Positions 49,219 to 61,265 are shown, counted from the stretch's first letter. The stretch: 64,000 nucleotides of DNA from Alloascoidea hylecoeti (GCA_001600815.1 BCKZ01000008.1:837885-901884), one strand, 5' to 3'. The notes: generated from the letters alone by a model not told the origin. Made by a program: numbers and translations.

Positions 49219-50934
49219 CTAAGCAAGTTCACGAAAACTTACAGCTGAAGTTGGTCTACTTTTATTATACCTCGGTGATTCATAGACCATAAATCCATCA
49301 TTTTTAAAAGTTAATTGATTCAATGAACGGGTTGCTGGTGAATGACGATAGTTAGTAACTTTGAATCCCCTTAAAGAGTCGTCTGTTTCTTCAGTTGTTG
49401 AACCTTCTGATGTTAAATCATTATCGAAAAAATCTTGTCTTGTTTGAGATTTAGGAGTTTGGGGAGGGTTTTGCATTTTATTGTATAATTTTCTTGTTTC
49501 ATTTTCATTTTCATGTTTACTTTTATTTATGTTTCTGTTTTGTGGTATTGATTCAGTTTCAGCAACCGTTTCAGAGAATTCAAACGTATCATCACCCTTA
49601 TCACTTAAAATCTTAATAACTTGTGGGAATACTAATTTATCAACTTCATCACTCCAAATCATCTCTAAATGTTCATAACCATCAAATCCAATAGATTTTG
49701 TATCATATGGTAATCTTGCAGTCATTTTTTCTATATTAACCAATGAATCACTTTTACCATATAATAAATAAATTGGAGTTTGAATATTTTCAGTTGGAAA
49801 TGGAGCAACTTTATAAAATTTTGAATTAAAACCTGATATTGGACCATTTAAACTATCATCAAACATTTGAAATCTTTTATTTCTAATAATTTGAAACCAA
49901 TGAACAACAGATTTAACGCTTGTATAAGAATATAAGTGAGCATAACTTGCGATTTTTTGTCGAAAAGATATATTATTACCATGCCAGTTGAATAACCCAA
50001 TCAAACAAGAATCGATAACTTTCACAAATAACGGTGAATACATTATCCCTTGCCAAAACGCTGCAGATTCCATAATACACTGTGTACCAAAAAATAAATA
50101 CATCATCGATGGAGATGCTTTCATTAATGAATCAACAATTCTTAAATGTAAACCGTTTGGAGCATAGGCGGGAGCTAAAGCAATCATTTTGTTAATTTTC
50201 GCGTTTAATTGTGGGTTAATGGAAAGGGCGGCAAAACATTGAGCGGATCCTTGACTAAACCCAACATAAGTTAAATCCTGTTGTTTTGTAAAATTTAATA
50301 TATAATCGACAGTATTTGGTATATCATAAAGGGCAAAATCATCTATTGAAAAATCCCAGAATTTTTTATTTGTTGGTCGAAGTTTGATATGTTTTCTTGA
50401 ATATTTATTACCTCTATTATTACCAAGCCAAACATCATAACCAAGTTCAGCTAAAACGAAGGGTAAATTCTTATACTCTTCAATTTGTGTTACCCAAATC
50501 TCACTATTCATCAGCAAACCATGATGTAAATAAACAACAGGTTTGTTTAATAACTTTCGTGTTTTATATTTTCTCCAATTGCTATGTTTTGGCCCACCAA
50601 TTCTATGAATTCCTAATAAAAACCCATCTTCTGTACGAACAATATGTTCTTCTGCATCATAGCCGAACAATGAGCACATTTCCACGAATCCCGAGGCATT
50701 TCTGATTTTATTTGCCATCAGATTGCTGTTTTTGTCATCAAGATATGGAGATGACTTTGATGGTACCAAAGAGAATAAAAACCGAGTTAATTTCGTAAAG
50801 AACATGATAACAAAAGTTGGCAAGAATGAGGTAATAATAGTCATTATCGATTCAAGTGTAACTAAGAAAAATGACAGTATTAACACTGGCCATTCAAACA
50901 CACCAACTCTGCGAAGGAAGGGGATATAAACCAT
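49219..50934 (-). CDS. TGL1: Steryl ester hydrolase (acid-lipase family)
   Basis: HHGLLMNSEIW, DVWLGNNRGNKYS, GFSQG nucleophile elbow, YEHL. Confidence 0.9.
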   Translation of the reverse strand: MVYIPFLRRVGVFEWPVLILSFFLVTLESIMTIITSFLPTFVIMFFTKLTRFLFSLVPSKSSPYLDDKNSNLMANKIRNASGFVEMCSLFGYDAEEHIVRTEDGFLLGIHRIGGPKHSNWRKYKTRKLLNKPVVYLHHGLLMNSEIWVTQIEEYKNLPFVLAELGYDVWLGNNRGNKYSRKHIKLRPTNKKFWDFSIDDFALYDIPNTVDYILNFTKQQDLTYVGFSQGSAQCFAALSINPQLNAKINKMIALAPAYAPNGLHLRIVDSLMKASPSMMYLFFGTQCIMESAAFWQGIMYSPLFVKVIDSCLIGLFNWHGNNISFRQKIASYAHLYSYTSVKSVVHWFQIIRNKRFQMFDDSLNGPISGFNSKFYKVAPFPTENIQTPIYLLYGKSDSLVNIEKMTARLPYDTKSIGFDGYEHLEMIWSDEVDKLVFPQVIKILSDKGDDTFEFSETVAETESIPQNRNINKSKHENENETRKLYNKMQNPPQTPKSQTRQDFFDNDLTSEGSTTEETDDSLRGFKVTNYRHSPATRSLNQLTFKNDGFMVYESPRYNKSRPTSAVSFRELA

Positions 50935-52037
50935 TTTTTAAGAATGATTTCTTTATTATATTATTTCTTAAAGCCTGCTTGAAGATACGTATTTCGTGAC
51001 TTTCCCTAAGTTGACAGCAGGACGAAGATCTAATTCCAGCGGAGAATTCTAAGAAATTGAAGTTTTAATGTGTTTGTGGTTAATTTATGCCGGAGTTATA
51101 AGACAAATTGCTAAACAAACCTGTTAAATCGACGGACAAAAAGAATATTATGGACTGATGTTAAGTGTAGATCAGAAGACGGGCCCAGCCGTGTCTCTTA
51201 TGTACTGAGATATGTACCCGCCACATCGGGTCCTTTTCTATTTTAGTGTGTTGTTTAAATTTATGCCCATAGTTTTTCCTTGATGATCATCACGATCATT
51301 CGTATTGTCCTTATTATCACGTTCATTTATAATCAATTCCGACTGATGTGGACTCAATTATAGAGTGAAATTGGCCCTTAAACACTTCACTTAAGCTTGA
51401 TAACTCTTAAAATTTTCAATCGTTGTTATAATTAGCTTTTAACTCAATTTTTAACAAATAAACTACAGATATCCCGATATTTATAAAACGAAATAAATAT
51501 AGTTGTTAAAGTTATTATAGCGAACTAGCTAGCTGATCTAGATCTATAAGTAGTAACACGAAAGTGTACAGCATCAATTTGCAAGGAGTTTATACTTAGA
51601 TCAATGGTTGCTATTTCCTGGAGTCTTCATAGCTCAAAATCTAAAATAAACATTAATTCGTAATTTCGTATCTCAAAATTGAGAAACACACTACATACTT
51701 CTACGTATCACCTGATAGAATCAATATTATCCTATCTGATTCATAATACTTCAAATTACTAATTCTCCGTAAATACTCGTTAATTAACATCGTTTTCAAA
51801 AGACGTTTAAGCCTTGGCATTAATAGATAATGTAGCTTAATGCAAGAAACATCTTTATAATTTTCCTGAAAGTTAAAAAAATAGATCTTATATAATGATG
51901 GGAGTATTTAATTACTTGAAATCCAGTTTATTTCATTGATTTAAATATAAACTAGAATTTTTTGTTTATTTGGTCTATTTTTTTCGAGATTGCACCAAGC
52001 TTAGATCAAGTTATATTAAATAGTTGATAATAATAGA

Positions 52038-53813
52038 ATGAAATGTCAAAATATAGATTATAAAAGCGCTACTGCAGGTACCGAACATGAACAAATAACA
52101 ATTGAAATTGATATTGATCATGACCATGAGAGAAATGAAAGTACTACAGAGACTTATGCCGAAAATAAAGAAAACTCATTAATTGAAATTAACAAATCAT
52201 CAACCTCAACTTTAACAGAAAAAGAAAATGAGAATGAAAGTAATACAACTTGGGAAATTGAAGAATATAATAAACTTTCATTTAAAGAAAAATGCAAGTT
52301 TTATTTCACTTTTAAAAACCCATCGCAATCGATATTGAATTCAGAATTAAGATCATCATCATCATCATCATTAGAAACAAAAGTGAATAATACTCCAAAG
52401 TTTTTCTTCTGGTATCCACCAGGAACGTCAAAATACGAAAAGAAATTAATTTTTAAATTAGATATAACAATCCTAACATATGTTTGTGTCTCTTATTTCA
52501 TACGATTTTTAGATCAAAGTAATTTAAATGTTGCTTTCGTTAATGGTATGGAAGAAGAATTAAGTCTAACAAATAATGGTGAAGCATTACCATTAATGAA
52601 TATGTGTTTTCATATTGGTTATGCAATGGGTGGCATACCTTCAAATTTACTAATTACTAGATTCAATCCTCATATTATGATTACACTATTTGAAGTTTTA
52701 TGGTCTTGTTTTACTGTTGGTCAGTGTAAGGCAAATAATTTAACAACGATGTGTGTTTTAAAATTCTTTCAAGGCATATTTGAAGGTACAATGTGGCCGG
52801 CTGTTCACTATATTTTAGGATCTTGGTATACATCAAAAGAATTAAGTAAAAGAACAAGCATTTATATATCTTCTGGTAGTATTGGTACGATTATTGCAAG
52901 ATATGTTCAGACTGGTATTGATAATACCTTTAAACATAAAAATGGAATGTCAGGTTGGAGATGGTTATTCATAATTGATGGGATTTTAACCGTACCCGTT
53001 GCACTTTTTGGTTACTTTATGACTCCTGATATACCATGTCAAGCAAAACCTCGATGGTGGCTAAAACAAGAGGAGATAGACTACGCTTCTGAAAGAGTTG
53101 AAGATAAAAAACAAATTAATAAAGTTGATCGGACTGTTTTTAAACGATTATTTAAATCATGGCAATTTTGGTGTTTTGTACCAGCTTGGATTTTATGGGG
53201 TTATGCTATTTTACCTGTATCATATTGGGTTATTGCTCTTAAAAGACAAGGCTATGATGGAAATGATAGAGCAAATTGGCCAACTATTTTAAATTCCATT
53301 GGAATTATTACAAACCTTGCATCTGGTTGGTTATTAGATTTATATAGGACTAAAAGAGGTTTTATGATACCGTTTATATTTTTCACTTGTTTTATTTGGA
53401 TTTTAGGTATTGGATTGATTTTAAACTGGAACGTAAAAGATCCTTTAAACCCTAAAGTGACACCTGCAATATGGGCTGGTTACATTCTTCTATCAACAAA
53501 TGGGTTTTGTTCTCCAATTATTGTCAGTTGGTTAAATCTACTTAGTAAACATGATCATCAATTAAGAGCGCTTACTCTAGGTGCCATAAATACTGTTCAC
53601 TTACTTTTAAATATTCCAGTTGCTTTGAAAACATGGAGTTCTCATAATGCTCCCAAATATTTTGCTGGAAATATGACTGCTTTGATTAGCACTATATTTC
53701 TTATGCTTTTTATGTTTGTTATTTATGGATTTGATCAGTACAATGAGAGAGTAAAGTATTGGTTGAGAAGGAAAAAACAAGTTGAAGAGGACCTTGAAAC
53801 AGATATCGATTGA
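52038..53813 (+). CDS. MFS anion:cation symporter (Fen2/Seo1/allantoate permease family)
   Basis: EKKLIFKLDITILTYVCVSYFIRFLDQSN...GMEEEL, HYILGSWY..ELSKR, GWRWLFIIDG. Confidence 0.88.
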   Translation: MKCQNIDYKSATAGTEHEQITIEIDIDHDHERNESTTETYAENKENSLIEINKSSTSTLTEKENENESNTTWEIEEYNKLSFKEKCKFYFTFKNPSQSILNSELRSSSSSSLETKVNNTPKFFFWYPPGTSKYEKKLIFKLDITILTYVCVSYFIRFLDQSNLNVAFVNGMEEELSLTNNGEALPLMNMCFHIGYAMGGIPSNLLITRFNPHIMITLFEVLWSCFTVGQCKANNLTTMCVLKFFQGIFEGTMWPAVHYILGSWYTSKELSKRTSIYISSGSIGTIIARYVQTGIDNTFKHKNGMSGWRWLFIIDGILTVPVALFGYFMTPDIPCQAKPRWWLKQEEIDYASERVEDKKQINKVDRTVFKRLFKSWQFWCFVPAWILWGYAILPVSYWVIALKRQGYDGNDRANWPTILNSIGIITNLASGWLLDLYRTKRGFMIPFIFFTCFIWILGIGLILNWNVKDPLNPKVTPAIWAGYILLSTNGFCSPIIVSWLNLLSKHDHQLRALTLGAINTVHLLLNIPVALKTWSSHNAPKYFAGNMTALISTIFLMLFMFVIYGFDQYNERVKYWLRRKKQVEEDLETDID

Positions 53814-54433
53814 ATTCACCCTCACCACATTTAAACTTATACATTAGTTTATTATTTTACAATTTATAGAATATAGAATATAGAATATACAGTCATCGCC
53901 GTGTTATGAATGAATTCCCCTATAGTTATAAGTATATTTATAAATGTAAATATAATTATCAATGACAAGCGTAGTGGATAATAAATAAACTATCACGAGT
54001 CAAAAGACTAATATGTTCACAATTCGAAGGAGAGATTATAGTTGACAGATTGAAAGAAACCAAAGAACGAGTTGAAGCTTTATTGAACAGGCTTGCTTCG
54101 TTTCATCAACACCAATAACAAATCAATTGTAACATCTTCTCATTGCTATCCATACAGAATAATCGCAATACCACAATTCTAAAGAAACGTTAACTGATTA
54201 CAAATCATCGAAAACTTCATAGTTTTCAGTATAATATGGATTTGACCGAGCAGGGGTTTTTATAAATATGCTTTTATACCGTATATCTATAGAAAAAGGT
54301 TGAAAATTCATAACTTATTTTTCACATTCTGACCATAAAACGATACAATTTTAATAAATTATCCATATAAGCCACAATAACAAGTAAACACACACAGAAA
54401 AAACATTTAAATATAATTGATGAATGAAAATCC

Positions 54434-55403
54434 TTAAATACTCTTCTTAAATTCTCGACGCATTTCTTTTAAGAATTTAGTTAAATTTCTTGATTCATTC
54501 AATCTTTCAATTAATGGAGTAATAACTTCATTTGGCAATTGTGGAGATGTTTTAATAACTTAAAAAGGTTGATAATTAGTTTTAGATATAAATAGTAAAT
54601 GTAAGTAAGAACAAACATACCTTGATAATCATAACTACTTAAATTAAGATCAAAATAAAATTCTTGTTCATAATCTGCTTGGTTTACCAAATGAAATATG
54701 AAACGTAAAATATCTTCATCTAAACCTTCAACCGTTAAACCAATTAATGATTCAAATTTTAATAATTCAGGTTCAATTGCAGAAGATTGAGAAACGATTG
54801 CCTTCTTTTTTGTTGAAAGTTCTTCAAAGATATTTTTGGTTAATATAACAGAATTAATTTGAGACAGTATATATTTCATGAATGCATACCTTCTGATTTC
54901 TTTGAAATTGCATTTCGAGTTGTAATAATTTGATTCGATAATTCTCTTTTTGTATTTTCAAGTTGTTCTTTTTGAATTTCTAAAGTTGATACTTGATTCT
55001 TCGCTATTTCGATTTCTTTTTGTTCTCGTGCACTTGCTACAATTTATGAATAAATTAATAAAACTTTTCATAATAGTAAACAAATAAATAAAAAAATAAA
55101 GAAACATACCAATATTAAGTTCAGTATCCTTCTTTCGATAACTTTGTAATTTTGATAATAAAATCTTTTGATTTTCTAAAATTATAAAAATGGTTATTAT
55201 TAGAATTAATATTATTATTGATTGTGTTTTCTTTTATAAATAAATATTATACCTCGATCTTCAATAAGACTTCTTTTATACATATTCTTTTCATCTAATA
55301 CATTTTTTCGACTTTTACTAATAAATGTATCAAAAGAATTCATAAATTTTACCATCTTATCAGAAGTCTCATTAAAATTTAAAGTAGGTGGATTGACATT
55401 CAT
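54434..55403 (-). CDS. SPC25: Ndc80-complex kinetochore subunit Spc25, 229 aa; exons 55403-55253, 55175-55110, 55036-54890, 54821-54621, 54558-54434
   Basis: Four GT-AG introns, all phase 1, give one ORF: coiled coil then PELLKFESLIGLTVEG..EDILRFIF...YQVIKTSPQL...LNESRNLTKFLKEMRREF. Confidence 0.85.
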
Positions 55404-55512
55404 TGTTCATATATTTTGTTAAGAAAGTAAAAATTGAAGGTTTGTTTTGAGATTTGATTTTTGTTTTTGTTTTTGTTTTGTTTACTTTTTTACCACAATC
55501 GAAATTTAACAG

Positions 55513-55520
55513 CCGGGTAA
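55513..55520. promoter_or_regulatory. Reb1-like site CCGGGTAA in the SPC25/ISC1 divergent promoter
   Basis: Exact consensus in a 195-bp AT-rich intergenic region. Confidence 0.5.
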
Positions 55521-55598
55521 ATAAAATAAATAAAAGGTTTAAAATTAAAGTTTAAGAACATAAATTATATACAATCTAGCCGTTTAAATAAATGAAAA

Positions 55599-56837
55599 AT
55601 GAATATTAAAATCTTATCATTCAATACTTGGGGAATGAAATATAAGTCAATAAATCGAGAAAAACGATTAAAGGCAATATCTCATAAAATTTTAAAAAAT
55701 TCCGATAATTTTGATATAATTGCATTACAAGAATTATGGAGTGAAAAGGATTGGATATATTTAAAAAATTTAACAAAATCAATTTATAAATATCAAAAAA
55801 GATTTTGTTCTGGTATTGTTACTGGACCGGGACTTGTTATATTATCAAAATATTCAATAGAATCTTGCTTTTTGTATCGATTCCCGTTGAATGGGAAACC
55901 ACTTGATTTAACAAGAGCTGATTGGTTTGCAGGGAAAAGTGTTTCTATTTCAATAATAAGAATATCATCAGATATAACAATTGCGTTATTAAATGCTCAT
56001 ATTCATGCTTCATATGGTTCTGGAGATTCAAGTTATTTATGTCATCGAACTTGTCAAGCATGGGATATTTCTAGAATTTCTAGATTATTAATGGATGCTG
56101 GACACATCACTATTTTGGTCGGAGATGTCAATAGTGAACCAGAAAGTCTTCCTCATTTATTACTTACAAAATATTCTGGATTGCGTGATGCTTGGATTGA
56201 TAATCATGGAGAATTTAAAGATGAAATCGGAGATTTGTCACCAGAAGAACAAATCCAGAAGGCTGGTATAACCGCAGATAGCCAGTTAAACTCATTTAGA
56301 GAAACGTATCCTATTGATAGTGCCCAAAGATTAGATTATATTTTTTATGATTATAAGAGATCTAGAGTAGCTAGCTGTAATGTTACGTTTATAGATAAAA
56401 TTAAAGATGATGACGGAGAAAAAGAAATGAGTTATTCAGATCATTTTGCAGTAGAAGTTGAACTGGAGGTTGGCGTTAATAAACATGAACATGAATTTTC
56501 AAATTTAAAAGATGGATTTAAAAAAGAAGAAGAAATGGAATTATTATCAAATATTATGGAAGTAATTGATGAATATAAAAAGTATAATATTATCACAAGA
56601 GAAAAAAGATTAATGAATACATTTTCTTGTTTTATATTAGTTCTTGGATTACAATTTGGAGTGTTTTGGGTTAAAAATCCAATTCTAACACTTTTTATGA
56701 TGTTTATAGTTGTTTTTATTACTATTATTGGGATTGTACAGTTCTGTTTTGGGTGGGCTTTTGGCAAACAGGAGCAAAGAACGCTTCAGGAGTATGAAGA
56801 ACAAATTCAGATGCATACCATGCGTATTGAATATTAA
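55599..56837 (+). CDS. ISC1: Inositol phosphosphingolipid phospholipase C (neutral sphingomyelinase family)
   Basis: NTWG, ALQELW, GDVNSEP, RLDYIF, SDHF; two C-terminal TM helices. Confidence 0.92.
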   Translation: MNIKILSFNTWGMKYKSINREKRLKAISHKILKNSDNFDIIALQELWSEKDWIYLKNLTKSIYKYQKRFCSGIVTGPGLVILSKYSIESCFLYRFPLNGKPLDLTRADWFAGKSVSISIIRISSDITIALLNAHIHASYGSGDSSYLCHRTCQAWDISRISRLLMDAGHITILVGDVNSEPESLPHLLLTKYSGLRDAWIDNHGEFKDEIGDLSPEEQIQKAGITADSQLNSFRETYPIDSAQRLDYIFYDYKRSRVASCNVTFIDKIKDDDGEKEMSYSDHFAVEVELEVGVNKHEHEFSNLKDGFKKEEEMELLSNIMEVIDEYKKYNIITREKRLMNTFSCFILVLGLQFGVFWVKNPILTLFMMFIVVFITIIGIVQFCFGWAFGKQEQRTLQEYEEQIQMHTMRIEY

Positions 56838-57001
56838 CATTTAATTTATTTTAATTGTATAATTATAATCTTTCATTTATAAACCTTTAGTTTTGATTAT
56901 AGAAATTCAAATTACCCAAATATTTCTTTTAATTTCTTCAGGAAAATCACACTTGTACTTTTACTTGTAATTTTATCAGCTAGTAATAAACATATTATTA
57001 T

Positions 57002-58261
57002 ATGACTATGAAAGATTCCTTATCAAAAACAGAGTTATTGACTTGGTTAAATAACCTTTTAAGTTTAAATTATACAAAAGTTGAACAATGTGGTACAGGA
57101 GCTGCTTATTGTCAAATCATGGACTCCCTTTATTATGATATACCAATGTCAAAAGTTCATTTTAATGGTCATTCAGAAATTATTTATTATCAAAATTTTA
57201 AAATACTACAAAGATCTTTTGTTAGACATGGTATTGATAGAGATATGGATGTTGAAAAATTAGTCAAATGTCGATTATTGGATAATTTAGGACTTTTGCA
57301 ATGGTGTCATAAATATTGGATTGATAAAGTTAATAATGATAGTAATTATGGATATGATGCTGAATATAGAAGACGAAAATCTCCTGGTGGTTCTCAAGCA
57401 GCACTAGGTTCTAATTATAATGATAGAAGACCAAGTTCAGGTAATATTCGTGATCGGAATCGTAATAGTGTTACAGGAAGTATTATGTCTCGTCGTTCTT
57501 CAACTGCTTCGTCTCAAACAACTCCTGGATCGTTTAGAAATAACTTAAAACGAACTTCAACAAGGCGAACTTCTAATAGTGGGTCTCCTTTACAAAGTCG
57601 TAAAGGGTCTCATCCTCAATCGACATCTGGGTTGTCTCCTTTAGCTTTGAAATTTAAACGAAATAGTGTTGATAGTAATGAGGCGGCGGGTCAGCCATCT
57701 CCACAATTACAAAAAGCTCATAATGATCACATGGTGGTAACTCCGATATCAATACTAGAAGAAACCCAACAAGACACAATACCAACTCCAAATAATCATG
57801 AAGTCTCACAAGATAGGGTTGATTCAAGATCATCAATAAAAAAATTAAAACAAGGAATTTCAGATATAAATATTTCAGATCCAATTATATCTGAACAAAC
57901 TACAACACCAATCCAAGAATATGATTTTTTAATATCAAAACAATTAAAACAAACAACTTCAACAATTATAAAATTAGAATCTGAATCACAAGAACTAACA
58001 GATACATTACAATTTTTAGAAACAGAAAGAAATTTTTATTATAATAAATTAAGAACAATTGAAATTTATTTACAAACTATGTCTGATGATTTAGGATTAG
58101 AAAAACAAAATTCTTATCCCATAAAATTACAAAAATTAATTGGTGATTATATTATTGTTGGACCAAGTACAAAAAAATGGTCAATTACTTCTTTATTAGC
58201 TCAGGTACAAGAAGCAATGTATAGAACTGAAGAAGGATTTCAAATTCCAAGTATGAATTGA
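57002..58261 (+). CDS. BIM1: EB1-family microtubule plus-end protein (divergent)
   Basis: CH domain ELLTWLN.LL.LNYTKVEQCGTGAAYCQIMDS; EBH domain LETERNFYYNKLRTIE...YRTEEGF. Confidence 0.85.
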   Translation: MTMKDSLSKTELLTWLNNLLSLNYTKVEQCGTGAAYCQIMDSLYYDIPMSKVHFNGHSEIIYYQNFKILQRSFVRHGIDRDMDVEKLVKCRLLDNLGLLQWCHKYWIDKVNNDSNYGYDAEYRRRKSPGGSQAALGSNYNDRRPSSGNIRDRNRNSVTGSIMSRRSSTASSQTTPGSFRNNLKRTSTRRTSNSGSPLQSRKGSHPQSTSGLSPLALKFKRNSVDSNEAAGQPSPQLQKAHNDHMVVTPISILEETQQDTIPTPNNHEVSQDRVDSRSSIKKLKQGISDINISDPIISEQTTTPIQEYDFLISKQLKQTTSTIIKLESESQELTDTLQFLETERNFYYNKLRTIEIYLQTMSDDLGLEKQNSYPIKLQKLIGDYIIVGPSTKKWSITSLLAQVQEAMYRTEEGFQIPSMN

Positions 58262-58477
58262 TACTTAATATAATAGTGCTTTTAAAAGGTTACAAAATAA
58301 TATTGATCTATGATGATGATATTTTCTCGGGATTATTTCTAAAATGTTATAACAATTTCGTCATTATTATAAAACTATGTGCATAATAATAATAATAACC
58401 CCTAGGGCCTATGACAATATATTAATGCACATAAATTAATCATTACGATAGATCATGTTAAAATATATACAATGGTT

Positions 58478-58478
<1 letters not shown>

Positions 58479-58561
<83 letters not shown>
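58479..58561 (+). repeat. Pure poly(T) of 83 nt (poly(A) on the AFG3 strand)
   Basis: Uninterrupted homopolymer. Confidence 0.95.
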
Positions 58562-58564
<3 letters not shown>

Positions 58565-58619
58565 CTATTTATATCAATCTATCAATAAAAGAGAAGTGAA
58601 TGAAAAATGCAATATAATT

Positions 58620-60992
58620 TTAAACTTGTGGTGATGTTTCTTGTGGTGGAGGAGGAGGAGCAGATTTTCCACCATCTAAATATTTTTCAAAAGCTTCATT
58701 TCTTTCAACAAATGGTCTTGGACCTAATAATCTAATCATATCACTTCGAACAATGACTTCTTTATTTAATAATTCTTCGGCAATTAAATTAATTTCTTTT
58801 AATTTTGATTTTAATAAAATTTGACATTTTAAATGTGCATCATCAATAATTTTTTTAATTTCTTCATCAATTATTCTACCAGTTGTTTCTGAATATGGTT
58901 TTTGAACAGTCATTTGTTCTCTATCATCATTTAAATTTATAAAACCTAATTTTGATGACATTCCAAATCTTGTAACCATTTCTTGTGCCATTTTTGTAAC
59001 TTTTTTAAAATCATCTGATGCACCAGTTGTAACCGATTTAAAATGTAATTCTTCAGAAACTCTACCACCTAAAGCCATAATCATTCTATCTAAATATTGT
59101 TTTTCATTAATTAAATATTGATCCCCTGGTAAATATTGGGCATAACCTAAAGCTCCTTGACCTCTTGGTATAATTGAAACTTTTAATAATGGATCAGCAA
59201 ATTCTAAAAACCATCCACAAATTGCATGTCCTGCTTCATGATAAGCAACTGTTTTTTTTTCAATTGGATTTAAAACTCTTGATTTATTTTCTAATCCTGC
59301 AATTACTTTTTCAATTGCATCTTCAAAATTTTTAAAAACTACTGTTGATGCATCTTCTCTTGCTGCTAATAAAGCAGCTTCATTACAACAATTTGCAACA
59401 TCAGCACCTGAAAAACCAGGAGTTAAAGCAGCTAATTTTCCAGAAATTAAATCTAAATCTAAATCAGTTGTAATTTTTTTTAAATGAACCATAAATATTG
59501 CTTTTCTACCTTCAATATCAGGTCTATCAATTGTAATATGTCTATCAAATCTACCAGGTCTTAATAAAGCTTTATCTAAAACGTCAGGTCTATTTGTACC
59601 AGCTAAAACAACAACATGATCAGTTGTTTCAAAACCATCTAATTCAACTAATAATTGATTTAAAGTTGCTTCTCTTTCATCATTACCACCAGCCATTTTA
59701 TTATTTCTTGATTTACCAATTGCATCAATTTCATCAACAAATACAATTGATGGAGATAATTCACGAGCACGTTTAAATAAATCTCGAACACGACTTGCAC
59801 CAACACCAACAAACATTTCAACAAATTCAGAACCCGATACAGATAAAAATGGAACATTTGCTTCACCTGCAGTAGCTTTTGCTAATAAAGTTTTACCAGT
59901 ACCTGGTGGACCAGATAAAATTGCACCTCTTGGAATTTTTGCACCTAATTTTTCATACTTTTTTGGATTTTTTAAAAATTGAACAAATTCTTGAATTTCT
60001 TCTTTTGCTTCATCACAACCAGCAACATCTTTAAAATTCATTTTAATATTTGTTTCTTGATTAAATAATTTTGCTTTTGATTTACCTGCATTAAATAAAC
60101 CATTTGATCCACCTAAACCTTTTGTTAAATTTGATTTACTAACCCAATATAAACCGCCAAGTATTAAAATTGTTGGTATAAAAGATAAAAAATATGGTGT
60201 TAATGTTGAAGAATTTTTATATGAAACTGGTATACGTTCTCTTGTTGGGATTTTTAATAAATTTTGAGCATCATCTAATTGTTTTTCAAAAATATCAATT
60301 GAACCAATATTAAAAGTAACAGTTGAACCTCCTCTATTTCCATTATTTGAAGAATTTGAAAAATTATTATCAATTAAAAAAGCAGTTACAAAAGATTTAT
60401 TATAAACTTTCAATTCTTTAACAAGTCCTTTATTAAGATAATCAGTTTTAAATTGTTGAAAAGTTATATGCTTATCATTAATTGAACCATTATCATTAAG
60501 GAAAAGTCTTGATATTTCAAAAGCAATATATAATGATAGAGCTATTGTTGCCAATACGTTAACAAATATTTCATTATTTCCACCTCCATTTCCATTATTA
60601 TTTCCATTTGGTGGTTGATTGTTATTTCCATTTCCATTACCGTTATTATTACCATTTGGTTGATTATTTCCAGATGGTTTATTATTGTTTAAAGGACTAT
60701 TTCGGAAGAACAGAGGTTTTGTAAAACTATTTTTTGGGATGATATTCTTAGGAATAATACTTTTTGAAATAAACCAATTTTTAAACATTCTAGTGATACC
60801 ATTTTTATTATTTAAACCAGTAGATAATTTAGAACCCATACCATATGATATCGATCTCGAAACAATTGAACTTGAACTTGTGATTGTAATTGGACGGGAC
60901 AAATTACGAATCCCTAGTTGAATACCTAGAGGATTCACAGTCCCAGATCTGGCTATTATCCCAGTCCTAACGGACGGAAATAACAACAGCAT
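58620..60992 (-). CDS. AFG3: Mitochondrial m-AAA protease subunit
   Basis: Walker [26 protein letters not shown]-terminal [16 protein letters not shown] as in Afg3; likely ATG at 60992 begins an Arg/Ser-rich presequence. Confidence 0.9.
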   Translation of the reverse strand: MLLLFPSVRTGIIARSGTVNPLGIQLGIRNLSRPITITSSSSIVSRSISYGMGSKLSTGLNNKNGITRMFKNWFISKSIIPKNIIPKNSFTKPLFFRNSPLNNNKPSGNNQPNGNNNGNGNGNNNQPPNGNNNGNGGGNNEIFVNVLATIALSLYIAFEISRLFLNDNGSINDKHITFQQFKTDYLNKGLVKELKVYNKSFVTAFLIDNNFSNSSNNGNRGGSTVTFNIGSIDIFEKQLDDAQNLLKIPTRERIPVSYKNSSTLTPYFLSFIPTILILGGLYWVSKSNLTKGLGGSNGLFNAGKSKAKLFNQETNIKMNFKDVAGCDEAKEEIQEFVQFLKNPKKYEKLGAKIPRGAILSGPPGTGKTLLAKATAGEANVPFLSVSGSEFVEMFVGVGASRVRDLFKRARELSPSIVFVDEIDAIGKSRNNKMAGGNDEREATLNQLLVELDGFETTDHVVVLAGTNRPDVLDKALLRPGRFDRHITIDRPDIEGRKAIFMVHLKKITTDLDLDLISGKLAALTPGFSGADVANCCNEAALLAAREDASTVVFKNFEDAIEKVIAGLENKSRVLNPIEKKTVAYHEAGHAICGWFLEFADPLLKVSIIPRGQGALGYAQYLPGDQYLINEKQYLDRMIMALGGRVSEELHFKSVTTGASDDFKKVTKMAQEMVTRFGMSSKLGFINLNDDREQMTVQKPYSETTGRIIDEEIKKIIDDAHLKCQILLKSKLKEINLIAEELLNKEVIVRSDMIRLLGPRPFVERNEAFEKYLDGGKSAPPPPPQETSPQV

Positions 60993-61134
60993 TTTTTTAG
61001 ATTTAATGTTGTTGCTGATTTTGGTTGGTGAAGGAAGATTTTGGAGGTGTGCCACTGGATCTTTCTTGGTTTGTATTCTGAAGAATGGGTGTAGATGTGA
61101 GCATGTTTTTATTATCTTCAACACATTTCGTAGA

Positions 61135-61193
61135 AATATCAATATCAATATCAATATCATTATCAATATCATTATCATTATCAATCATTATCA
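61135..61193 (+). repeat. (AATATC/ATTATC)n hexamer microsatellite in the AFG3 / U1A-U2B'' divergent promoter
   Basis: About 10 imperfect copies. Confidence 0.9.
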
Positions 61194-61265
61194 AAATGTC
61201 AGAAATTAGTGAAACATCAACGTGAGTTTATATGATATCACTAAATATATAATTAAAGAATACTA

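Noticed and set aside
51999..52011. GCTTAGATCAAGT match to U2 snRNA
   Set aside because: The following GTAGTA branch-pairing sequence and the rest of U2 are absent; it lies in the leader of the MFS gene
53975..54118. Protein-like frame GEIIVDRLKETKERVEALLNRLASFHQHQ after a GACTAAT
   Set aside because: No ATG and no in-frame upstream exon could be built
60993..61184. MIMIMIL... N-terminal extension of AFG3
   Set aside because: Produced by the hexamer microsatellite; the ATG at 60992 gives a normal mitochondrial presequence
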